Positions 45,276 through 54,938 of a DNA stretch of 61,305 nucleotides are shown one piece after another. The notes under the pieces are model-generated. The model had not been told where the DNA came from, made no database searches, and worked only from the letters and a program-made list of their open reading frames with translations. This DNA comes from Eubacteriales bacterium (GTDB lineage Bacteria > Bacillota > Clostridia > Oscillospirales > CAG-272): NCBI GenBank assembly GCA_045644125.1, contig JAZRGJ010000103.1:1-61305 (forward strand), read 5' to 3'. The position numbers and the translations under genes are program-made. Positions within the stretch are counted from its first letter, which is position 1; the number at the start of each line of letters is the position of its first letter.

Positions 45276-45665
45276 AGAAAAAATATTATACGACTTTTAC
45301 GACAGTCTACGGTAACGCTGCCGAATTCTTTAACGTAGATTGAAAAATATGCCTTTGCGTATCGAAGAAGCTTAAAAAGCGTAAACTTACCGGATAGCAT
45401 AAAAATCATTCATGAGTATGCTTTTTACGATTGCGCGCGGCTTGAAGAAATCGTAATACCACCCAAGGTTTCGTATATCGCTGTCGAAATGTTCCGAGGA
45501 TGTTCATCTCTTAAAAGCGTCATTCTCACTGAAAATATATCATGCATAGGAAGCTTAGCCGGTGTAATTGATATAGACGAATATGCGTTTTGCGGATGCA
45601 AAAATTTAACTATCGAAAGAATGATCGACAAAGATTCATCAGTAATCATACCCACGAAATTTTAA
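45276..45665 (+). pseudogene. decayed fragment of a BspA-type leucine-rich-repeat protein (in-frame TAG at 45336-45338, no start codon)
   Basis: Manual translation in one frame gives ...STVTLPNSLT*IEKYAFAYRRSLKSVNLPDSIKIIHEYAFYDCARLEEIVIPPKVSYIAVEMFRGCSSLKSVILTENISCIGS...DEYAFCGCKNLTI. This is the LRR_5/BspA repeat pattern (IP.sV..I...AF..C..L). Confidence 0.5.
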
Positions 45666-45683
45666 AAGTCCAGGAGAAGAGTA

Positions 45684-48600
45684 ATGGCAAAGGAACAGAT
45701 AAATAGGATAGAGTCCGAGGAAGATGCTGTATTAGCGGCAAAAGAGAAAAAAGACGTATATCATAGTTTTTTCAACAGCCTTATGAAAGGCGGCGAAATC
45801 TTCACTTGCGATGATATAGAACTTGCAATTGAGGCGCTTCAGCTTAGTAAACTCGATATTAAAGAAAGAGAAGACAAAAAGCGCAGAGAGCGAGAAGCCG
45901 AGCTTCTGAAGCAGAAACTAATTGAAGATGAAGAGCGCAGAAGAGCGGCTGAGGAACGCGCAAGAAAAAGAGCACAGAGAGCACGTGAAAAACGAGCGGA
46001 AGAAATCAGCGCCATGGAGCTCCCTCTCGACTTTGTTAATACTTTTGAGGATGACGCAAGAGCTAACGTTCATTGCGATACTATTGCAGAAGGACTTCTT
46101 GTATCCCTTGATTGCCTTGGTATCGTTGATATCGAGTTCATCTCTTCCATCACAGGCGAGGAAATGAAAACGGTTATCGAAACGCTTAAGGGCTCAATTT
46201 ATCAGAACCCTCTTATGTGGGACGAATGCTTTTACAAGGGATGGGAAACTGCGGACGAGTATCTTTCGGGAAATCTTATGCACAAGCTCAGTCTTGCCGA
46301 GGATGCAAACGAAGAATATCCCGGTATTTTCGCAGAGAACATTAAGGCTTTGAAAGAAGTTATCAGTCCCGATATCGCAAGAGACGATATTTACGTTACG
46401 CTCGGTTCTCCTTGGGTTCCTGCCGACGTAGTAGACGATTTTATACTCCATCTTGTCGGTCTTGATAAAAATGCTGACGGCGATTATCCCGAGGAAGCAG
46501 AGCCTTTCCTTACACCTGATTATATGACGGCACATGATCCGACAACAGGTCTTTGGGATATTCCGCTAAAACGAAGATTTCGTAAAAGCCATTCTCACGG
46601 AAAATGGGAAAAGTATAATTATGAGATCTGGGGAACTGAACGCATGGATATGCTCTATCTTATGGAGAATATCCTCAATATGAAAACACTTGCAGTTTAC
46701 GATCAGATAGACGAAAAAACAAGAAAGCTTAATCAGTCGGAAACGGTCAAAGTGCTTGAAAAGCAGGACAAGATGATTGCCGAATTTCAGAAATGGGTGT
46801 GGGAAGATGAGAAGAGAGCTGCGCGCATCCAATCGGCATATCAGAGAAGATACGGAAATATTAAAAAACGAGTTTTTAACGGATCATTCCTTGAATTCCC
46901 GGATATGAATCCCGAAATCGAGCTCAGAGCTCACCAAAAGGATTCCGTTGCAAGAATAATTTTCTCTCCGAATACATTACTTGCGCACGACGTTGGCGCG
47001 GGCAAAACCTATACGATGATTGCTGCCGGTATGGAGCTTCGCAGACTTGGAAAGTCGAAGAAGAATATGTACGTAATTCCCAACAACATTATGCCTCAGT
47101 GGGTTGAAATGTTCAGAAAGATGTACCCGAAAGCAAATCTTCTCGTTGTAAACAACAGAAACTTCTGCTTGAAAAAGCGTAACGAAACCTTAAAAAAGAT
47201 AATCAACGAGGATTTCGATGCTATTCTGATTACATATTCAAGCTTCGATCAGCTTTCTCTTTCAAAAAAGTATTACGAAGACTTTTACGAAAAGCAGCTT
47301 GCAATACTCGATAAGGCAAAGGAAAACTTCTATTCCAAGGCAAAAATCGAGAAAAAGCAAGAGATAGTTCAAAAGGCGCTCATGAAGCTGGAGAAAGCGA
47401 CAACCTCCGATATTTGTGATATAGCATTTGACGAGCTCGGAATCAACACACTCTTTGTGGACGAAGCCCATAATTACAAGAACGTATCGGTAGCAACGGG
47501 CATTACCAGAGTGCGCGGAATATCATCTCAAGGCTCGAAGAAATGCGATGGAATGATGGACAAGATTCACTGCGTACAAAGACAGAATCACGGTGGCAGA
47601 GTTATTCTCGCAACCGGAACACCTATCACCAACAGTATTACGGACCTCTTTATTCTTCAGAAGTATTTGCAGGACGGAGAGCTCGAATTCCTTGGTATTC
47701 AGAACTTTGACGCTTGGGTTGCTACATACGCAAAGAAAACCACCGAGTTTGAGGTTGATATTGATACGAGTAATTACCGCCTGGCAACAAGATTTTCCCG
47801 TTTCTTTAACGTGCCGGAGCTTACGTCAATTTTGTCGTCCGTTGCTGATTTTTATCACGTTGACCAAAGCGTAGGAATTCCCGAATTTGAGGGATATACG
47901 GACTCTCTTGCTGACGGAAGCGAAGACTTCATGGACTATCTTAAGGATATTTCCTCAAGAGCGGATGACGTCAGAGAGAAAAGAGTCAGCCCTAAGGAAG
48001 ATAACCTTCTTAAAATCACGACCGACGGTAGAAAAGCGGCGCTTGACATGCGACTTATCGACCTTGTTTACGGTCTTGATCCCGATTCCAAGGTGTATAG
48101 ATGCGCAGAAAACATCATGCGAATCTATGATGAGACGAGAGATAAAAAGCTTATTCAAATGGTATTTATAGATCAGTCAACGCCTAAAGCCGGGTTCAAC
48201 CTTTACGATGAGCTTAAGAGCATTCTCAAGGCTATGGGAATGTCGGAGCACGAGATAGCATACATTCACGATGCAAGCACTGAAGCCAAGAAAAAGCTTC
48301 TGTTCCGAGATTTGCGACTTGGAAACGTTGCAGTCGTTATCGGTTCAACCTTTAAGATGGGACTTGGTGTTAACGTGCAGAAAAAGCTTTGCGCGCTTCA
48401 TCACATGGACGTACCGTGGAGACCTGCGGATATGGTGCAGCGAGAGGGACGAATACTGCGTCAGGGAAACCTTTGTAAATCTGTAAAAATATTCAGATAT
48501 ATCACTAAGGGATCGTTTGATGCGTATTCCTGGCAGCTTCTTGAGGCTAAGCAGAGATTTATAAGCCAGATACTTTCCGGACATGCGACTATTCGTGAGG

Positions 48601-49316
48601 GAAGCGACATTGATGAATCGGTGCTTAACTATGCAGAGGTCAAAGCACTTGCTGTTGGTAATCCCTTGATGAAGAAGCGAATCGAGCTTATGAACGAGCT
48701 TGATAAATACAAAATTCTTAACCGCGATTACGTTGAGCAAAGAATTAAGAAGCAGGAGGAGCTTGCTTCTATCCCCGAAAAAATAAATCTTCAAAAGAAG
48801 CACATATTTAACACGAAGCGCGATATTGAGTATTACGAAAATAACAAGATTGATTACAATGAAATTCCCAAGGAAGAGCAAAAGGAAATTCGTCAGAAAA
48901 TTTTCGATGCGGTAAGAACGCACATAAATATGCCGATCGAAAAGAAGGTGCTTACTTATCAGGGATTTGACGTAGTCGTTCCTGCAAGAATGCGTCCAAA
49001 GGAAATTACGGAAAAATCAAAGGTTGAAGGTCAGAGAGGTAAAACCAAGAGCATTCCGTACGTATTTGTAAAGAGAAACGGAGCGCATTACATGGAAATC
49101 GAAAGCGTTTCCGGAATTACCAAGAGATTAAACAACCTTCTTGAAAATCTCGGAGAAAGACTTAAAAACCAGGAAAGCTATCTTGAGGCGCTCTTGCAGA
49201 AAGAAAAGGATCTTCGTGAGGAGCTTAGCTGTGAAGGCGAGTCTTACGTAGAGGAAATGGAATTGCTCAAAGAAGAAATATTAAAAATAAGTGAGGAGCT
49301 TGGACTTGTAGCATGA
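45684..49316 (+). CDS. SNF2-family (superfamily 2) helicase with a long N-terminal extension
   Basis: 1210 aa. Motif I HDVGAGKTY, II FVDEAHNYKN, III LATGTPITNS, VI QREGRILRQGN. The N-terminus contains an Arg/Glu/Lys coiled coil (KKRREREAELLKQKLIEDEERRRAAEERARKRAQRAREKRAEE) and a region (TLGSPWVPADVVDDFILHL) reminiscent of the large helicase/methylase proteins of mobile elements. No methyltransferase motif was seen. Confidence 0.8.
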   Translation: MAKEQINRIESEEDAVLAAKEKKDVYHSFFNSLMKGGEIFTCDDIELAIEALQLSKLDIKEREDKKRREREAELLKQKLIEDEERRRAAEERARKRAQRAREKRAEEISAMELPLDFVNTFEDDARANVHCDTIAEGLLVSLDCLGIVDIEFISSITGEEMKTVIETLKGSIYQNPLMWDECFYKGWETADEYLSGNLMHKLSLAEDANEEYPGIFAENIKALKEVISPDIARDDIYVTLGSPWVPADVVDDFILHLVGLDKNADGDYPEEAEPFLTPDYMTAHDPTTGLWDIPLKRRFRKSHSHGKWEKYNYEIWGTERMDMLYLMENILNMKTLAVYDQIDEKTRKLNQSETVKVLEKQDKMIAEFQKWVWEDEKRAARIQSAYQRRYGNIKKRVFNGSFLEFPDMNPEIELRAHQKDSVARIIFSPNTLLAHDVGAGKTYTMIAAGMELRRLGKSKKNMYVIPNNIMPQWVEMFRKMYPKANLLVVNNRNFCLKKRNETLKKIINEDFDAILITYSSFDQLSLSKKYYEDFYEKQLAILDKAKENFYSKAKIEKKQEIVQKALMKLEKATTSDICDIAFDELGINTLFVDEAHNYKNVSVATGITRVRGISSQGSKKCDGMMDKIHCVQRQNHGGRVILATGTPITNSITDLFILQKYLQDGELEFLGIQNFDAWVATYAKKTTEFEVDIDTSNYRLATRFSRFFNVPELTSILSSVADFYHVDQSVGIPEFEGYTDSLADGSEDFMDYLKDISSRADDVREKRVSPKEDNLLKITTDGRKAALDMRLIDLVYGLDPDSKVYRCAENIMRIYDETRDKKLIQMVFIDQSTPKAGFNLYDELKSILKAMGMSEHEIAYIHDASTEAKKKLLFRDLRLGNVAVVIGSTFKMGLGVNVQKKLCALHHMDVPWRPADMVQREGRILRQGNLCKSVKIFRYITKGSFDAYSWQLLEAKQRFISQILSGHATIREGSDIDESVLNYAEVKALAVGNPLMKKRIELMNELDKYKILNRDYVEQRIKKQEELASIPEKINLQKKHIFNTKRDIEYYENNKIDYNEIPKEEQKEIRQKIFDAVRTHINMPIEKKVLTYQGFDVVVPARMRPKEITEKSKVEGQRGKTKSIPYVFVKRNGAHYMEIESVSGITKRLNNLLENLGERLKNQESYLEALLQKEKDLREELSCEGESYVEEMELLKEEILKISEELGLVA

Positions 49317-50425
49317 GTGAAATAAGAACAAATATGCCGTCTCTTTCTGTTGAAAGGACGATAACAACACTGACACGCGCGTATACTTCGGTAATCGAAA
49401 AGGGACTTTCTCCGAAGATACTTCCTTCGGTTATGATGTGGGGGCCTCCCGGCGTAGGTAAATCGCAAGCAGTAAGAGCGATTGCCAAGGATATAGAGAA
49501 AAAGACGGGAAAAACGGTTAAAATCACTGACGTAAGACTTCTTCTCTTTAACCCCATTGACCTTAGAGGAATCCCCACTGCAAACGCAGATAAAACCCTC
49601 GCAATATGGTTAAAGCCTCAGATATTTCAGATGTCTGACAGCGATGATATAATAAACATACTTTTCCTCGACGAGATTTCGGCAGCTCCGCAATCCGTGC
49701 AAGCCGCGGCGTATCAGATAACGCTTGACAGAGTCGTAGGTGAGCATAAGCTTCCCGATAACTGCATCGTTATTGCCGCGGGTAACCGTGTTACGGATAA
49801 GTCGGTATCATTTAAGATGCCCAAAGCGCTCGCAAACCGTCTTTTGCATATAGAGGTCGAGGGAAGCTTTGGCTCATGGAAAAATTGGGCTGAAAGGAGC
49901 GGAATAAATAAAAAGGTTCTCGGTTTCCTTTCTTTCAGAACGGACAAGCTCTTCGGCTTTGACGCAAAGAATGACGATCTTGCATTCGCAACGCCTCGTT
50001 CATGGGAAATGGTATCCAATATTCTCAATAACGTATGTGATGATGTAAGCGCAATGTACCCTATGATTGCAGGGCTTATCGGCTCGGGACTTGCTCTTGA
50101 ATTTCGCTCGTGGTGCGGAATGAATTCCGATCTTCCGGACATTGAGGGCATCTTTGACGGAACTGAATTCACTATTCCCAAGACCTCCGATGCGATGTAT
50201 GCGGTTATAACGAGCATGGCAGATTACGCCAAAGACCATAAATACGAAACCGAAAGGATTGGCAACTCCTTAAACTACGCTTCAAAATTCCCGGCTGATT
50301 ACGTTGCGATACTTCTTAAAGAGTACGAAGCGATAGATGAAGAGTATAAGGACGTGCTTCTTGATATACCTGAATATACCGACCTCATAAGCAAGAGGGG
50401 AGTTTTGCGTAATGGCAGAGTATGA
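49313..50425 (+). CDS. MoxR-like AAA+ ATPase (AAA_5 / CbbQ-NorQ-CobS class)
   Basis: Walker A GPPGVGKS, Walker B ILFLDEIS, sensor region IVIAAGNRVTDKS. There is an ATGA overlap with the helicase stop. Confidence 0.8.
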   Translation: MSEIRTNMPSLSVERTITTLTRAYTSVIEKGLSPKILPSVMMWGPPGVGKSQAVRAIAKDIEKKTGKTVKITDVRLLLFNPIDLRGIPTANADKTLAIWLKPQIFQMSDSDDIINILFLDEISAAPQSVQAAAYQITLDRVVGEHKLPDNCIVIAAGNRVTDKSVSFKMPKALANRLLHIEVEGSFGSWKNWAERSGINKKVLGFLSFRTDKLFGFDAKNDDLAFATPRSWEMVSNILNNVCDDVSAMYPMIAGLIGSGLALEFRSWCGMNSDLPDIEGIFDGTEFTIPKTSDAMYAVITSMADYAKDHKYETERIGNSLNYASKFPADYVAILLKEYEAIDEEYKDVLLDIPEYTDLISKRGVLRNGRV

Positions 50426-51956
50426 CGGTGAAACCATGGAGATCGTAAGAAGGCTTCAAGCGACAAGAATGGCTGTGCTGTCAAAGCAGCCGTTCTTCGG
50501 AGTTCTTCTTATGAATTTCCGTATGGCGCTGGATAAATCCACGTCTACGTCATATACCGACGGTATCAGGCTTTCGTTTAACCCCGATTTTCTCAAATCT
50601 CTCAGCGACTCGGAGCTTGAGCTTGTTATGATGCATGAAGCGCTTCACGCAGCTCTCGGTCATCCATTCAGAGTGCAAGCGGATTACGAGCTTGAGCTTT
50701 ACGACCTCGCTTGCGATATAGTAGTAAACTCAAATATATTTTATAGCTTTGGCGAAGATGAGAAGAAAATTACAATAAAGCAATTCGGTGTTCTTCCTCA
50801 CAAAACTCCAAGCGGTAAAGAGGGATATGAGCGTACCGTTGAAGAGGTTTACAACGAACTTTTAAAATCGTCAGCCACAGCAAAAAAGAAAAAACGAGGA
50901 AAAGCCGACGGCGCGGGAGGCGGAGGTAAAAGCGATTCCGATGCCAAAACCGACACGGACGATAGTTCTGATGATTCGTCACAAGATGAGCGCGGTGAGG
51001 ATAAAACGGGCGAGACGGAAGAAAGAGATAAATCCTCTTCGAAAGCATCGAGAGGCGGTAAAGGAAAAAACAAGGAAAATTCGAATGTCAACGAAGAGCT
51101 CAGCATTGAAGCATTGATAAGCTCAATAAAAAAACGTAATAAATTTTTAAAAGCAAAATACGATTCTCCGTCATATAAAGAACGGTGTACGATAAAGGTG
51201 GAAGTAACAAGCAGTAATGCGGTTTTTGACGATCATACTTTTTGGCAGGGGGATGATCCGGATAATTCAAACTCTGCATTGTGGTATGACAGAACAATGC
51301 GAGCTACTGAAATTATATTAGAAAAAGAAAAATCCCACGTTGGTTTTGGAGGACCGCCATTGTGCGCGCAACGTTTGTTGAAGGAATTGCGCGAAACCGC
51401 AGTAGATTGGCGCACGCTTTTGAATGATTTTATTCAGGAAGAGGTAAACGACTATTCGTTTTCGCCCCCAGACAGAAGAATGGATGATTCCCCTTTCTTC
51501 TTGCCGGATTTCAATGAAAAGGACGATTCGGTGAAAAACATATGGTTTTTAATTGATACATCGGGCTCGATAGGTGATGAGGCTATATCTGCGGCATATT
51601 CCGAGATTATAAGTGCTATGGAAATGTTTAATAGCTTTGAAGGCTTGTTAAGCTTTACCGAGGTGTTTGTTACCGAGCCTATTCCTTTTTGCTCGCCGGA
51701 AGAATTGCTTAAAATAAAGCCGGTTGGCGGCGGTGGAAATGATTTTGGAGAGATATTCAGATTCATGCAGAGAAATATGATGGATAAGCTGCCTGCGTCT
51801 ATAGTAATTTTGACGGATGGTTACGATACATATCCCGAGGAATCCGAAGCATTAGGAATCCCGGTGTTATGGTTAATTAACAATAAAGAGGCGATAGATC
51901 CGCCGTGGGGAAAATTTGCAAGGTTTGAAATAGGAAAAAAAGGAGAATTAAAATGA
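50412..51956 (+). CDS. vWA-domain protein with an N-terminal HExxH metallopeptidase-like domain (DUF2201-type)
   Basis: MMHEALHAALGH (HExxH); a Lys/Asp/Ser-rich low-complexity linker; the MIDAS motif FLIDTSGSIGDE and the VWA-like ILTDGYDTYP. It overlaps the MoxR gene by 14 nt. Confidence 0.75.
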   Translation: MAEYDGETMEIVRRLQATRMAVLSKQPFFGVLLMNFRMALDKSTSTSYTDGIRLSFNPDFLKSLSDSELELVMMHEALHAALGHPFRVQADYELELYDLACDIVVNSNIFYSFGEDEKKITIKQFGVLPHKTPSGKEGYERTVEEVYNELLKSSATAKKKKRGKADGAGGGGKSDSDAKTDTDDSSDDSSQDERGEDKTGETEERDKSSSKASRGGKGKNKENSNVNEELSIEALISSIKKRNKFLKAKYDSPSYKERCTIKVEVTSSNAVFDDHTFWQGDDPDNSNSALWYDRTMRATEIILEKEKSHVGFGGPPLCAQRLLKELRETAVDWRTLLNDFIQEEVNDYSFSPPDRRMDDSPFFLPDFNEKDDSVKNIWFLIDTSGSIGDEAISAAYSEIISAMEMFNSFEGLLSFTEVFVTEPIPFCSPEELLKIKPVGGGGNDFGEIFRFMQRNMMDKLPASIVILTDGYDTYPEESEALGIPVLWLINNKEAIDPPWGKFARFEIGKKGELK

Positions 51957-53911
51957 ACGATCTTCAGAAAATGAAGGAGCTTATAAAGAAAATAAACGAG
52001 GCGGATAAGGCGTATTTTGGGGAAGACAAGCCCATTATGACCGACAGAGAATACGACGGTTTAATCCTTGAGCTTAAAATTCTCGAAAGAACCACGGGAG
52101 TTCGTTTTGCAAATTCTCCTACAGGAAGAATTCCCGGCGATGCCAAGGCAGGCCTTGAAACAGTTAAGCACTCAAAGCCTATGCTTTCTTGCCAAAAGAC
52201 GAAAGAGGTGCGTGACGTGGTAGAGTTTGCGGGGGAACACGAGATTGTTCTTTCTTGGAAAATGGACGGCCTTACGCTCGTTTTGCGTTATGAGAACGGA
52301 AAATTCAAGCAAGCGATAACAAGAGGCGCGGAGGGAATCGTCGGCGAGGACGTTACGCACACCGTTAAAAATTTCAGAAACATTCCTCTCGTCATTCCCT
52401 CTAAGGAATCATTCGAGGTAAGGGGAGAGGGCGTCGTTTCCTGGGATGACCATAACATACTCACAAGGCTTCACGATGGGACATCGCACCCGAGAAGCGT
52501 TGCATCGGGAGCGGTAAGAAGCCTTGAGGCAGACGTCGGAAAGCTTTCGCATCTGGATTTTTTCGCATTCGAGCTTATTAAGGATAATGCGCCGGACAGC
52601 AAAATGGAGCAGCTTGAATTTCTTCAAAAAAACAACTTCGACGTAGTCGAGCATAAGCTTGTGGAAGAAAGCTCTGAAATTGAAAAGGCTATCGAAGAAT
52701 TTGCTCCCTCGGGATTCAAATATCCCGTTGACGGTATAGTTGCGGAATACGACGATATAGAATACGGCAAGAGCCTTGGCGCAACGGCGCACCATGAAAA
52801 ACGAATGATTGCTCTTAAATGGCGTGATGAAGTTAAGGAAACGAGATTCCGCGGAGTTGAGCTTAAGACGACGAGAACGGGCGTTGTAAGCATTGTCGGA
52901 AAGTTTGACGAGGTGCTTATAGACGGCACGAGAGTACACAGAGCAAGTCTGCATAACCTCTCCAACTTCGAAAAGTACAGCTTTGGCATCGGCGATATAA
53001 TCCGAGTTTATAAGGCTAATATGATCATTCCTCAAATTGCGGAAAACTTGACGCGCAGCGGTACTTACAATCTGCCAAAGCACTGCCCTTGCTGCGGAAC
53101 GGAGCTGACGGTGAAGCTGTCCATTTCGGGCGTTAAAGAGCTTTATTGCCCAAACGAACAGTGTATTGCCAGACACGCAAGAAAAATTGCGCGCTATTGC
53201 GATAAAAATGCAATGAACATAGATGGTCTCTCGGCTTCGGTTATAGAAAATATGATGGCTTACGGTTGGGTGCAGAGCTTTAAAGACCTCTATCACCTTG
53301 ACCTTCACAGAGATGAAATTGTCTTGCGACCGGGATTTGGACAAGATAAATATCAAGCTATGATAGAAGCGATAGAGGAGAGTCGACACTGTCATATGTA
53401 TCAGTTTCTCGTTGGAATAGGAATACCCAACCTCGGTAACGAAGCGGCGAAAACGCTCCATCAGTATTACTACGGCAACTTCAGAAAATTTGAGGAAGCC
53501 ATTTCGGAAAACTTTAATTTTGCCCGTATAGAAGGTATCAGTGAAGCAACAAGCCGTTCAATACATACCTGGTTTTCTGACAAAACTAACATTAGAATAA
53601 TTAACTCGCTTATACCCGAGCTTAAATTTATCAGCAAGACTGATATTATCAAAGATAAGGAAAACCCCTTCCTCGATACGAAGGTCGTTGTAACCGGAAG
53701 TTTTGAGAGCTTTTCGAGAGAAGGAATAATCGAGCTTCTCACCGCGCTCGGCGCAAAAGTTTGCGATAACGTTACCGAGGACGTGAACTATCTGATTTAC
53801 GGCGCAGTTCCCGGCGGCAAAAAAATAAGCAACGCGATAAAATTCGGCGTGAATATGATAAGCGAAAAGAACTTTGCAGAAATGCTTGGAACCGGTGAAG
53901 ATAAATATTGA
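51953..53911 (+). CDS. ligA: NAD-dependent DNA ligase (LigA-type), island-encoded copy
   Basis: The Ia domain AYFGEDKPIMTDREYDGLILELKILE, the adenylation motif SWKMDGLT (KxDG), the Zn finger CPCCGTEL...CPNEQC, an HhH region and a C-terminal BRCT (VVVTGSFESFSREGIIELLTALGAKV). There is an ATGA overlap with the upstream gene. Confidence 0.85.
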   Translation: MNDLQKMKELIKKINEADKAYFGEDKPIMTDREYDGLILELKILERTTGVRFANSPTGRIPGDAKAGLETVKHSKPMLSCQKTKEVRDVVEFAGEHEIVLSWKMDGLTLVLRYENGKFKQAITRGAEGIVGEDVTHTVKNFRNIPLVIPSKESFEVRGEGVVSWDDHNILTRLHDGTSHPRSVASGAVRSLEADVGKLSHLDFFAFELIKDNAPDSKMEQLEFLQKNNFDVVEHKLVEESSEIEKAIEEFAPSGFKYPVDGIVAEYDDIEYGKSLGATAHHEKRMIALKWRDEVKETRFRGVELKTTRTGVVSIVGKFDEVLIDGTRVHRASLHNLSNFEKYSFGIGDIIRVYKANMIIPQIAENLTRSGTYNLPKHCPCCGTELTVKLSISGVKELYCPNEQCIARHARKIARYCDKNAMNIDGLSASVIENMMAYGWVQSFKDLYHLDLHRDEIVLRPGFGQDKYQAMIEAIEESRHCHMYQFLVGIGIPNLGNEAAKTLHQYYYGNFRKFEEAISENFNFARIEGISEATSRSIHTWFSDKTNIRIINSLIPELKFISKTDIIKDKENPFLDTKVVVTGSFESFSREGIIELLTALGAKVCDNVTEDVNYLIYGAVPGGKKISNAIKFGVNMISEKNFAEMLGTGEDKY

Positions 53912-53932
53912 CGGAATTGGTGGAAAGGAAAA

Positions 53933-54295
53933 ATGACCGTAAACGATGATTTTATAATTGTTGATACCATTACAGAAAAAACAACAATACAAGGTAAAAA
54001 ACGCAAAAATCTCAAAACGGTTGTTATTCCGGAAGGCGTAAAAACAATTTCCGGCAGCGCTTTTTGTGGCTGCGAAAACCTTAAAGCCATATATATTCCC
54101 GGAAGTATACAAATGATTCAGCCTTTCGCTTTCAAAGGCTGTGATAAATTAAGAAATGTATATATTGAAAAAACAGCATGGGATTTCAATGGGTTATATG
54201 AGCTTAAAAACTGTAAGAATGCAGTCCTGTACGGATCGGGGTGCTATTTTAGAGAATTTGCTTCGAAGATCAATCTTCCATATGTTGAAGCGTAA
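53933..54295 (+). CDS. short BspA-type leucine-rich-repeat protein (no signal peptide)
   Basis: LKTVVIPEGVKTISGSAFCGCENLKAIYIPGSIQMIQPFAFKGCDKLRNVYI is the LRR_5 pattern. Confidence 0.6.
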   Translation: MTVNDDFIIVDTITEKTTIQGKKRKNLKTVVIPEGVKTISGSAFCGCENLKAIYIPGSIQMIQPFAFKGCDKLRNVYIEKTAWDFNGLYELKNCKNAVLYGSGCYFREFASKINLPYVEA

Positions 54296-54395
54296 GTGAT
54301 ATATATATAAACTCTGCGATTATTGCGTATTGCAAAACATATAAAATTGTAATATAATAAATTCAAAAGATAAAATTATAAAAGGAGGACTAAAA

Positions 54396-54833
54396 ATGAT
54401 TTGCACAGCAGAAGAATTAAAAATTAAAGTAAACAAAGCGCGACTCATGTCGAGAGCTGAATTGATGGAAAACGAGGACAAGCTTCCTGAGGTGTCATCT
54501 TGTTACTGGTGGCTTTCGGACCTTGATGAAAATGATGAAGATTACGTAGCTTATGCAGAGGGCAATTACACCGAAGAGGATATGTATTGCGATAAAACCG
54601 ACGGTAATACGTATATCAGAGTGGCTCTTGAAATAACATCTGACGGCGTAAAGAATGGCTCTGAATTTGTTTATTGCGGTTACTTATTTACCGTTCTTTC
54701 AGATACCCTGGCCATATCAAACAACTTCATAGGTAAATCAAAGTACTATGACGAAGATTTGCTCGATTACATATATACCGATGAAGAAATCACATGTACA
54801 CTTACCTATACCATTGCAGATATGATATTTTGA
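54396..54833 (+). CDS. hypothetical acidic protein (145 aa)
   Basis: An AAGGAGGA RBS. No recognisable motif. A TTGCAA-N17-TATAAT promoter lies at 54330-54358. Confidence 0.5.
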   Translation: MICTAEELKIKVNKARLMSRAELMENEDKLPEVSSCYWWLSDLDENDEDYVAYAEGNYTEEDMYCDKTDGNTYIRVALEITSDGVKNGSEFVYCGYLFTVLSDTLAISNNFIGKSKYYDEDLLDYIYTDEEITCTLTYTIADMIF

Positions 54834-54850
54834 TAGCTTTTGGTCCAAAT

Positions 54851-54879
54851 TTGTCCTAGTGAATGTTGTATCATATAAA
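54851..54879 (+). promoter_or_regulatory. promoter with atypical -35 (TTGTCC-N17-TATAAA), family copy a
   Basis: TTGTCC at 54851-54856 and TATAAA at 54874-54879. Confidence 0.45.
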
Positions 54880-54938
54880 TGTAAGCGAACCCGCGAGGTA
54901 AGCGCTGAAAACATTTATATTTTGGAGGTAAATTTACT

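Noticed and set aside
52409-53461. 350-aa ORF on the minus strand (and 52624-52989, 53558-54112)
   Set aside because: These are antisense to the LigA-type ligase, which has complete domain signatures on the + strand. The products have no motifs and no ribosome-binding sites.
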